From positions 1 to 32,000 of the forward strand of contig SUPR01000031.1 in NCBI GenBank assembly GCA_005191425.1: a stretch of 32,000 nt of DNA, given 5' to 3'. A model generated the notes under the pieces. That model was not told the origin of the DNA. It saw only the letters and a program-made list of their open reading frames with translations, and searched no databases. Made by a program: the position numbers and the translations under genes. Source of the DNA: Candidatus Helarchaeota ASGARD archaeon Hel_GB_B. GTDB lineage: Archaea; Asgardarchaeota; Lokiarchaeia; Helarchaeales; HEL-GB-B. This document shows positions 18,537 to 26,777 of this stretch, piece after piece; within the stretch, counting starts at the first letter, position 1; each line of letters starts with the position of its first letter.

Positions 18537-18962
18537 TTATTTCATTGGAAATACTATTTTAAAATCGCCCGAAGTTACTTTTTTTCCATTATTTTTTTCA
18601 ACTACATATATACCATAAATTATTTTTGAATTATTTTTATTTTCTATTTTTGTTATTGTTCCTTTATGGATAATTTCTTCATTCAAATAGATTGGATTTT
18701 CAAATTTAACAGAAATTTTTTTTATACTAGAAATATCTCCACTCCAATTGATCAACCATTTAGGTATATAGCTAAAAGTGAAATTTCCTGCTACTACAAT
18801 GTCTTTAAATCCTAATTTTTGAGCATAATTCTTATTAAAATGTAAAGGATTAATTTCATTTATTAGCCTATTATATTTCTTATAAATCTCTTTTCTAATT
18901 TTTACTTTATAAGGAGGTATCTTATCACCTACTTTAATTTTATCTATTTCTGATTTGTCCAT
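18537..18962 (-). CDS. MaoC-family (R)-hydratase/dehydratase, catalytic-type subunit
   Basis: EINPLHFNKNYAQKLGFKDIVVAG hydratase-2-like motif and a hot-dog fold pattern (VKFENPIY). Confidence 0.85.
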   Translation of the reverse strand: MDKSEIDKIKVGDKIPPYKVKIRKEIYKKYNRLINEINPLHFNKNYAQKLGFKDIVVAGNFTFSYIPKWLINWSGDISSIKKISVKFENPIYLNEEIIHKGTITKIENKNNSKIIYGIYVVEKNNGKKVTSGDFKIVFPMK

Positions 18963-18977
18963 TTTATTTCACCAAAT

Positions 18978-19493
18978 CTAATCTAATTTAAAAAAGAATT
19001 CATGGTTGTCAATTGCACAAATTTTTTCATTCTCATTTAAAATATATAATTTAAATACAACTGAATAATAATTTCCTTTAGAACCTGTTTTCTTTACTGG
19101 ATTGTCTACTTTAATTTTAATTTTATAGCTATGATTAACAACAATAGGTTTAATAAATTCAAGAATTGATCCTACATGAATTACACCTTTAATTATTCCA
19201 GGCAGAAGTTCAGGCCCACCTTTAATAAAAATTTCTTGAGTGACTGGACAGGTTAAATTCATTATATATTCAAGTGGGACTAACTTATCAGAAAAGCCAG
19301 CTTGAATGGCGTAGTCTTTATCATTATATAAAAGATTGTTATCGTCAATATAAGTTAAAAATTTTTTGATCTCTTTTTCATTAGGGACAACATCGACCAT
19401 TCCCATATTTGTAATTATTTCGTTAATTATACTTGTAAATTTAGTTAGTTTTGAATATTCATCTCCATTCATTTTATTCTCGTCCAGATTCAT
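18978..19493 (-). CDS. MaoC/FAS1-like dehydratase N-terminal-type hot-dog subunit
   Basis: IKKFLTYIDDNNLLYNDKDYAIQAGFSDKLVP and IHVGSILEFIKPI. Directly upstream of the MaoC gene (15-nt gap). Confidence 0.75.
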   Translation of the reverse strand: MNLDENKMNGDEYSKLTKFTSIINEIITNMGMVDVVPNEKEIKKFLTYIDDNNLLYNDKDYAIQAGFSDKLVPLEYIMNLTCPVTQEIFIKGGPELLPGIIKGVIHVGSILEFIKPIVVNHSYKIKIKVDNPVKKTGSKGNYYSVVFKLYILNENEKICAIDNHEFFFKLD

Positions 19494-19672
19494 TCTTTAA
19501 AATTTTTAATTTTATTATTTAATTTATAATTTTGAAATTAATAATTTAAATTAATCCTTTAATCATATATTTATTAAATTTAAATTCACAAATATTTTAA
19601 TTATAATAACATATATCCACAATTAGTAAATTTGATAAAATTTTAATATGTAATTTAGGTTGGAAGAATATA

Positions 19673-20503
19673 ATGACTCGACTAAAAATAGGACTTGCTC
19701 AAATAGCTCCAAAATTGGGTGCAGTAAAGCAAAATTTAGACAAACATTTAGAAATAATTGAAAATGCTAAAAATCAAAAAGTAGACCTTTTAATATTCCC
19801 TGAACTCTCATTATGTGGTTATTATGCAAAAGATATGTATTATGAAATACTTCCAAAAGTTAAAAATGCCATAGATACAATATGTAAAAATTGTGGAAAC
19901 TTGACTATAATATTAGGGATTATTGAAGAAAATAAACGAATTAGAGGAGTTTTACATAACTCTGCAGTAGTAATTGAAAATGGTAAAGTTGTAGGGACTA
20001 CTCAAAAAGTTTATTTACCGGATTATGGAATGTTTGAAGATATGAAATACTTTAAACCGGGAAATAAAATAAAAGTTTTTAAGACTAGAAAATGTATTTT
20101 AGGAATTGCTATTTGTGAAGATTTCTGGCACCCAGAAGTTGTCCATGCAATCGCTCTAAAAGGAGCAGAAATCGCTGTCTTGATCTCTGCTTCACCATTT
20201 ATGTCTCGAGAAATCGGTGAAATGCTGAATAAAATACGGGCAATTGAAAACACAATTTTTATTGCATATGTTAATAACGCAGGAGCTCAAGAAGGAATTG
20301 TTTTTTGGGGGGGGTCTGAGATTGTTTCTCCAAATGGTAATGTATTAGTAAAAGCCAATTATGTTGAAGAAGATTTTAAAGTTTGTGAAATTGATTTGAA
20401 TGATATTCCACGCGTTAGGGCAGGAATGCCTATATTAAGAGATGCCAGAAAAGCTATCTTAGAAGAATTGTTAAAAGCTCATGGTGAATTGAATGAAGAT
20501 TGA
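19673..20503 (+). CDS. Nitrilase-family carbon-nitrogen hydrolase, probable glutaminase subunit of NAD synthetase
   Basis: Catalytic triad E (FPELS), K (QKVYLPDYGMFED) and C (ICEDFW). Overlaps nadE by 11 nt. Confidence 0.85.
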   Translation: MTRLKIGLAQIAPKLGAVKQNLDKHLEIIENAKNQKVDLLIFPELSLCGYYAKDMYYEILPKVKNAIDTICKNCGNLTIILGIIEENKRIRGVLHNSAVVIENGKVVGTTQKVYLPDYGMFEDMKYFKPGNKIKVFKTRKCILGIAICEDFWHPEVVHAIALKGAEIAVLISASPFMSREIGEMLNKIRAIENTIFIAYVNNAGAQEGIVFWGGSEIVSPNGNVLVKANYVEEDFKVCEIDLNDIPRVRAGMPILRDARKAILEELLKAHGELNED

Positions 20504-21323
20504 ACTACCTTTGGATTGTGAATTAACTGCAAAAGCCATTAGAACTTTTATAAAAGATTATATGGATAGAATTGGTATTAAAAAAGCAGTTGTAGGATTA
20601 TCTGGTGGAATTGATTCAACTGTTACGGCATATTTAGCGGTTGAAGTTTTCGGAAAAGAGAATTTGCTTGGTCTTATTATGCCTTCGAATGCAAATACTA
20701 AATTGGATACTGAACATGGCCTATTGGTCGCTAAAAATTTAAACATCAGATATAAAGTCATTCCAATTCAAGATATGGTCGATGCATTCGAAAAAAATGT
20801 TGGAGTTAATGAAATAGATAAAGTATCTCGTGGAAATATTATGGCACGATGTAGAATGATTTTACTTTATTTTTGGGCAAATTTAGAAAGAGCAGTAGTA
20901 TTAGGAACAAGCGATAAAACTGAACTACTTTTAGGATATTTTACTAAATATGGTGATGGTGGATCAGATATTATGGTAAATGCTAGTCTATATAAGACCC
21001 AAGTAAAAAAAATGGGCGCATATTTAGGAGTCCCTCAAGCAATTATTGATAAACCACCTACAGCAGGACTATGGAAAGGTCAAACAGCTGAAGGTGAAAT
21101 TGGTATTACCTATGAAATTATTGATAATATCTTATACCATTTGCTTGAATTACGATATTTACCTGGACAAGTAATTAATGAATGCGGAATGAACCCTTCC
21201 GATGTGGAAAAAGTTTTAAAAATGATACGTAATTCTGAACATAAAAGACAAACACCTAGATACCCAAAAATCGGATATAGAGAAATTAACTGGGATTATA
21301 GGTACCCTGTAGAACGCTCCTAA
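20493..21323 (+). CDS. nadE: NAD+ synthetase, synthetase subunit
   Basis: VVGLSGGIDS PP-loop, GNIMARCRM, GTSDKTELLLGYFTKYGDG, YKTQV and KPPTAGLW. Confidence 0.95.
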   Translation: MKIELPLDCELTAKAIRTFIKDYMDRIGIKKAVVGLSGGIDSTVTAYLAVEVFGKENLLGLIMPSNANTKLDTEHGLLVAKNLNIRYKVIPIQDMVDAFEKNVGVNEIDKVSRGNIMARCRMILLYFWANLERAVVLGTSDKTELLLGYFTKYGDGGSDIMVNASLYKTQVKKMGAYLGVPQAIIDKPPTAGLWKGQTAEGEIGITYEIIDNILYHLLELRYLPGQVINECGMNPSDVEKVLKMIRNSEHKRQTPRYPKIGYREINWDYRYPVERS

Positions 21324-21495
21324 ATGAAAATTATTATTATAATTTAAAATTTTTTATAATGATTAACTCTATTTTTTCCCCTAAATTATAATTTACTATT
21401 TTTTCCAATATTATTATCTTTATTTGATAATTTTAAATATTAAATGACTTGAAAAATATTCAAATAAACATATTTATCAATAAAATAAAATTATT

Positions 21496-22326
21496 TCATT
21501 TGTGATTATTTTTACTTTTTATTTCATCAATAACCTTTTGTACTTTATCAATACCTATTTCTTCTATTACTTTGTCAATACCTATTTCTTCTATTACTTT
21601 GTCAATACCTATTTCTTCTATTACTTTATTAATACCTACTGATTCTATTACATTTTTTAACCCCAAAACTTCGATAGCATATCTGATATTCTTAACAAAA
21701 TCGTCCATTGTTAATTCTTTTTCTGTAAATATTTTGGTCACCTCATTAGGATATAATATAAAAGCTACACTTAAAAAATTTTTTAATTTTTTATTTTCAA
21801 CTATTAATTCAATACTTTTCTTTAATTTTAAACCTGAAGAAAAAATTAAAAGTGAGATATTTTCTTTTTTTATGTCCAATTCATTGATAACAAGAAAATA
21901 AATGGGATAATAAAAATTAAAACAATAAAGACCATTTTCTAACTTTTTTAAATTTAATTGTTTAATGAATTTAGAGCGCCTTGAAACTATATACCAGCTA
22001 GTAATTTCCTTCATTTGGATAATGTTTAGATTTTTTCTTTGACAATAGAGCCCACAATATCCTGTTAATTTTGGAATATCAGACTCTTTTTGTTTGTCTC
22101 TTGCACTTTTAAATTCAAAAATATTATATTTTTTTAATCTTTTTGTAATTATAGTTAATGTTCTGCTCCTTATATCAGGTTTCTCTTTTATTATTACAAG
22201 ATCAATAATAAGAGGCAATTTACCAACTTTAACATCCGGCTCCACTTTTAAATTTGCATTTATCAATTCACTCTTTACTAAATTTTTAAAAAAAGCATCC
22301 CAACTCATTTTAAATTTCATCAACAT
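21496..22326 (-). CDS. PD-(D/E)XK nuclease-like protein with C-terminal tandem repeats (Rpn/PDDEXK-transposase-like)
   Basis: WDAFFK at the N-terminus, LIIDLVII and NIFEFKS (D...ExK), and a C-terminal (VIEEIGIDK)n tail. Confidence 0.6.
   Translation of the reverse strand: MLMKFKMSWDAFFKNLVKSELINANLKVEPDVKVGKLPLIIDLVIIKEKPDIRSRTLTIITKRLKKYNIFEFKSARDKQKESDIPKLTGYCGLYCQRKNLNIIQMKEITSWYIVSRRSKFIKQLNLKKLENGLYCFNFYYPIYFLVINELDIKKENISLLIFSSGLKLKKSIELIVENKKLKNFLSVAFILYPNEVTKIFTEKELTMDDFVKNIRYAIEVLGLKNVIESVGINKVIEEIGIDKVIEEIGIDKVIEEIGIDKVQKVIDEIKSKNNHK
21544..21651. repeat. Four 27-bp tandem coding repeats (9 aa, VIE[E/S][I/V]GI[D/N]K on the minus strand)
   Basis: Units 21544-21570, 21571-21597, 21598-21624 and 21625-21651. 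Units 2 and 3 are identical (tttgtcaatacctatttcttctattac), unit 1 differs at one position, and unit 4 is more diverged. Confidence 0.95.
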
Positions 22327-22450
22327 ATTATATTTTTTAAATGGTTAGATTAAATAATTAAAAATTCAATATTTTAATGATTTAAAAAAGGACATAAAAA
22401 AATTAGTAAAAAAAATTATGTTAAAAATAAAATCGTCTGTATTAAGGATA

Positions 22451-23842
22451 TTAACCTTCCCTTTCTATTATGACAGCAGTACCCATTCCGAAACCAACAC
22501 ATAACGCTGCAATACCATAGGAGTATTTTTCACGTTCCATTTCATAAAGCATTGTGCATGGTAATCTTGCGCCAGAACATCCAGTTGGATGTCCAAGAGC
22601 TATAGCGCCACCACATCGATTAACTCTATCACCAGGAGCTAACATTCCTTCAGGTGTAAAATCAGTTTGTGATGCGGGATATCCCAATTCATCATGTAAA
22701 ATTTTTCCAGTTGCAAGAATAACAGATGAAAATGCTTCATTTACTTCCATTATTTCAAAGTCTTTTAGAGTCATGTTAGCTTTTTTCATTGCTTTGTCCA
22801 TTGCATATCCAGGACCAGTAAGCATGTGATAAACATCGGAGCCAACTACACCAAAAGTGATGATTCGAGCTCGGGGTTTGAGTCCAAGTTCCTCGGCTTT
22901 CGCTCTACTGGCAAGTAAAAATAATGATGCACCATCATTAGTAGGACAAGAATTACCAGCAGTCATGAATTTACACCCAGGAACTGTCTTTAATTTGCCC
23001 ATTTTTTCTTTTGCAACTTCCCAGCCCCAATCAGCTACATTTGTTCGGATTACTTCATCATAATCATAAATAAATTCACCGCGTTCTTTAGTTTTTGTTT
23101 TGATTGGGACGATTTCATCCTTAAATTTACCTTCGCGCATTGCTTTTGTTGCTTTATATTGTGATAGCCAGCCCACTTTGTCCAATTCTTCCCGCGTTAA
23201 ATGCCAAGTTTGAGCGATTCTATCAGCAGATATTAATTGAGATGCAAATGTTGGATAATTTTGCATGACGCCTTCATAAGGCAATGCCATAATCCGTTCA
23301 TAAAGTTCTCTTGTTTTTTTCTTTTTCTCATAAAGACCGGGATGCTCTTTACTTTCTTTATATTTTGGTACTTCAACTTTTCTATAATCGTTTGCATCTA
23401 TCCCTATTGGATATTTACTCTGTTGTTCAACACCACCAGCAATATATAGGTCGCCCATTCCACTCCAGATTCCCATGCTTGCGACCATCATCGCAGTCTG
23501 TCCACTTGCACAATGCCTGTTCAAATGAAGACCTGGGACAGTCACAGGAAAGAGGGGCTTTTTCTCACCATCTACAATTTTTTGAGCTCCTAAAGAAGTA
23601 ACTCTTCCAATATCTAGAGCCCCGCCGCCAACCGGACTACAACACCCAACAATAATATCTTCAAATTCGGCAGCATGGTCATATAAAACTGGATTTCTTT
23701 CGAATATTGCCTCAGTAAGTTTTACGGTCATTAAAGAGGTTACAATCTCACTTAATGAACCTCCTCGTTTACCCATAGGGGTTCTCACTGCATCGATTAT
23801 AACAACATCATTTGGCTTTTCATTAACCAATTTACTCACCAT
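22451..23842 (-). CDS. Thiolase (acetyl-CoA C-acyltransferase, FadA/AtoB family) with insertions
   Basis: IDAVRTPMG, catalytic NRHCASG, TAGNSCPTNDGA, NEAF, GGAIALGHPTG and CVGFGMG. Confidence 0.93.
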   Translation of the reverse strand: MVSKLVNEKPNDVVIIDAVRTPMGKRGGSLSEIVTSLMTVKLTEAIFERNPVLYDHAAEFEDIIVGCCSPVGGGALDIGRVTSLGAQKIVDGEKKPLFPVTVPGLHLNRHCASGQTAMMVASMGIWSGMGDLYIAGGVEQQSKYPIGIDANDYRKVEVPKYKESKEHPGLYEKKKKTRELYERIMALPYEGVMQNYPTFASQLISADRIAQTWHLTREELDKVGWLSQYKATKAMREGKFKDEIVPIKTKTKERGEFIYDYDEVIRTNVADWGWEVAKEKMGKLKTVPGCKFMTAGNSCPTNDGASLFLLASRAKAEELGLKPRARIITFGVVGSDVYHMLTGPGYAMDKAMKKANMTLKDFEIMEVNEAFSSVILATGKILHDELGYPASQTDFTPEGMLAPGDRVNRCGGAIALGHPTGCSGARLPCTMLYEMEREKYSYGIAALCVGFGMGTAVIIEREG

Positions 23843-24147
23843 ATTTCAATTTTGTTTTCAATATAATAAATTGGTTAAATAATTTAAAATTAGGTTTAAG
23901 AATTTTTTCTTAAATTTAATTTTATCGACAATTATTGATTATTTAATTTGTCATTAATTATTTTTTTATTTAAGTCGGAAAAAAAATAATTAAATTAACA
24001 ATGTATATTATGTTTTTAAATTTAAACTTATAATAATGAAGTATTAAGATAATTTTAAACCAAAATAAATGAAAAAATACAAAGAAAATTAAATTGTAAA
24101 CCAAAAAATAGATAATAAATAATCTTAAAATTTAATTTGAAATATAG

Positions 24148-24165
24148 TATCAATAATTATTGATA
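24148..24165. promoter_or_regulatory. Perfect 18-bp palindrome TATCAATAATTATTGATA, candidate operator; 15/18 copy at 23923-23940
   Basis: Read directly in the 533-bp divergent intergenic region between the thiolase and the membrane protein. The second copy is TATCGACAATTATTGATT. Confidence 0.4.
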
Positions 24166-24375
24166 AAATAATTCATAAATATATGAAAAATAAATATGAG
24201 AATTAGTATACAAATATAAATTATAAATTGCATGATAAGAAATAAAAAATAAATGAAAATCAATCTTAAAGGTAAAAAAAAGAAATTAAATTAACTTATT
24301 GAACATTAGATATTAATATAAACTGATAATTAATATAATTTTTATCTTGAACAAATATAATTTGAGGTTTATTAT

Positions 24376-25500
24376 TTGAAATCAAAAAGTGAGTCATTTA
24401 AAGACATTTTTTTTCAAATCAGTCTGTTTTTTTTTAATTTGATAATAAGTTGGGTATTATTTGATAGTATTAAGTTAATTAAAGATAATTATCAGGTTTT
24501 AGTTGTAAATATAATTACATTAATAGTTTGTGTATTTTTAATAATCTATTTATCCAATCATTTAGATAATAAAACAACTATAATTATTGGGACATTTGTA
24601 TTAACATTAGGTTTAGTTTCTACTTTTACAATTTCAAATTTATTTTGTACAATATTAATAATTTTTGGATATACATTTTTAATTAGTCCATTATGGACTG
24701 AATCGCAAAAAAATCATAGGATGTCTAATTTTATATTAATAAATCTTTTATTTTCATTTATTTTTGGTTATTTTATGGAAATATTAGGAGATATCAATAA
24801 AATCTCATTGTTAACAATGAATACAGTTTGGACATCAATTTTTCTATTAATAATAGGAATAATCTTAGTAAATTGGTTAATTCCTACATCAGAAAAAAGA
24901 GATATGAACAATAAAAAATTAAAAATTAACAATAACTATAGAATTTCTTATAATATAATTCAATCAATTTCAATAGGTCTATTGTTATTTTTAATAATGA
25001 CATTGATGAATTTTGAAGTATTTCCTCTTAATTGTTTTACAGTAAATTATTCGTTTTTTGTAATGATTAATGTCATTACAATGGGAATAATCGTTATTAT
25101 TTCAATGATTTTTACTAATATTGAAATTGTGAATAGCCTGAAATTTTTAAAAATAATATATTATTCCACATTAGTATTTAAATGTGTAATTGCAATTTTA
25201 TTGGCAATATCATTAATCTTTTCATTTTTGAGTATAATATTATTAATTATTGGGGGTATACTTTCATTTATTTGTATTTTTTTGGATCAAATTATTTTAA
25301 ATAAATATAACATCGTTTGGTGGATGCCATTATCGTTAATTATTACTTTAGGAATTTATATTTTTATTATTGTGATCCCAAACCAATTGATTTTATTTTT
25401 AATAGTAGCGTTAATTCTATTTGGTGTATCATTTATTTCTAGAAATTTTATTTTAAGAACAGTTCCAGCTTTGAAAGAACTTGAAAAAGAAGACGATTAA
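24376..25500 (+). CDS. Polytopic membrane protein of unknown function
   Basis: 374-aa ORF with roughly 11-12 hydrophobic segments and a polar central loop. TTG start with GAGGT 7 nt upstream. No family motif recognised. Confidence 0.7.
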   Translation: MKSKSESFKDIFFQISLFFFNLIISWVLFDSIKLIKDNYQVLVVNIITLIVCVFLIIYLSNHLDNKTTIIIGTFVLTLGLVSTFTISNLFCTILIIFGYTFLISPLWTESQKNHRMSNFILINLLFSFIFGYFMEILGDINKISLLTMNTVWTSIFLLIIGIILVNWLIPTSEKRDMNNKKLKINNNYRISYNIIQSISIGLLLFLIMTLMNFEVFPLNCFTVNYSFFVMINVITMGIIVIISMIFTNIEIVNSLKFLKIIYYSTLVFKCVIAILLAISLIFSFLSIILLIIGGILSFICIFLDQIILNKYNIVWWMPLSLIITLGIYIFIIVIPNQLILFLIVALILFGVSFISRNFILRTVPALKELEKEDD

Positions 25501-25517
25501 TTCGTTTGAGAGTTAGT

Positions 25518-26459
25518 TTAGTCTATGGTGGAGTTATTATTGCCCTTTTTAGAAATTATAGATTCTAATTTTGGATATAATTCTCTTAAAAAATTACTCC
25601 AAATATCCTGTAAATTGATAAACATTTCTCCAATCAATACAAAAAAGAATATATTTTCATCAATAACTAAATTTTTTAGCAGAAATTGGAACTGTTTATT
25701 AATAACTAAATAGATTTCATTAACTCTTTTCATTTCCTTTATATTTTCAATAGTTGTCAACATGTCCATAATAATTGTTAAAAAAAATGGTTTGTTTTCA
25801 TCAGATTTATAAACTTCAGAGAGGATTAATGAATTTTTCTCGAAAAAGATAACTCCTTCCAATTTTTTATCATCTAAAAAATTTAATAAAAGTAAATCAA
25901 TTTTATTTAGGTCCGAGATTAATTTTGAAATGCCATAAGAAAATGATTCGACTAACGATTTTCTATCATAAATAGATGTTTTAAAAACTTTTACTTTACC
26001 AATGGAATTTTCTAAAAATAATTTTTTTAACTTTTCAAATTTTTCCATGAAATCCTTATTGTCTAAGATTTCAGGGTCAAATTTATGAATACAAATGATT
26101 ATTTCAGGGGTTTCATTATATTCTTTTAAAATATTTAATATTTCTTTGTAGTATTTTAATGATACATCATAAAGAGATTCATCTTTAATATCAACTATAT
26201 AAAATAATAAGTCAGTATCGAGAAAACTTCGTTCATCTCTAATATATTTTTCTCTAAATTTTTCTTGTCCTCCTAAATCCCACAATATTGTTTCTGTACC
26301 CATTAAATCAATCGAACTTCGTTCTATCCCTAATGTTGGACTAATTTTACTTAATTTTGAATATTCTTGCTCTAAAGATAATATAATAGAAGTCTTACCA
26401 GCATTTCCTAATCCAGCGTATAGAATTTTACAATATTTCTGCTCCATGGAAATCATCAA
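25518..26459 (-). CDS. Rag/Gtr-like small GTPase with C-terminal roadblock-like domain
   Basis: G1 GLGNAGKT, G2 PT, G3 WDLGGQ, G4 IHKFD (His-type, as in Rag) and G5 TSIYD, followed by a C-terminal alpha/beta domain of about 130 aa. Confidence 0.85.
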   Translation of the reverse strand: MMISMEQKYCKILYAGLGNAGKTSIILSLEQEYSKLSKISPTLGIERSSIDLMGTETILWDLGGQEKFREKYIRDERSFLDTDLLFYIVDIKDESLYDVSLKYYKEILNILKEYNETPEIIICIHKFDPEILDNKDFMEKFEKLKKLFLENSIGKVKVFKTSIYDRKSLVESFSYGISKLISDLNKIDLLLLNFLDDKKLEGVIFFEKNSLILSEVYKSDENKPFFLTIIMDMLTTIENIKEMKRVNEIYLVINKQFQFLLKNLVIDENIFFFVLIGEMFINLQDIWSNFLRELYPKLESIISKKGNNNSTID

Positions 26460-26777
26460 TTTTATTATTGGGAAAAAACTTCATTTTGTTAAGTAGTATT
26501 CTTAACATTTAACTTTTATCTTTTTTCAATTAAATTTAAAATTCAATTTTCTCATAAACTTTTTAGTTTCAATATAATTAAAGAAGTTCTATATTAAAAA
26601 AGTGATGCAAATAAATTATTTAAAAAATTTATTCATTTAAAAAATGTTTAGACTTACAATTTTAAGAAAACACTTCGAGTAATGTTTTAGATTTTGTTTA
26701 ACTTTTTAAGTTTTGAATATTAATAAAGGATAATGAATATAATTTATCTAAATTTCAATTGATGATAGTGTTATTAT

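Noticed and set aside
17357-20503. Aminotransferase plus nitrilase as a glutamine transaminase/omega-amidase (methionine salvage) pair
   Set aside because: The genes are separated by the oppositely oriented MaoC pair, and the nitrilase overlaps nadE and has the NadE-glutaminase-like LPxYGxFxDxxYF motif.
21544-21651. 27-bp direct repeats as a mini CRISPR array
   Set aside because: The units are head-to-tail with no spacers, are in frame within a CDS, and no cas genes are present.
24376-26459. Rag-like GTPase plus neighbouring polytopic protein as an SLC38A9-like amino-acid sensing pair
   Set aside because: The genes are convergent, so not co-transcribed, and no APC/SLC38 motif is recognisable. 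Adjacency alone is not evidence.
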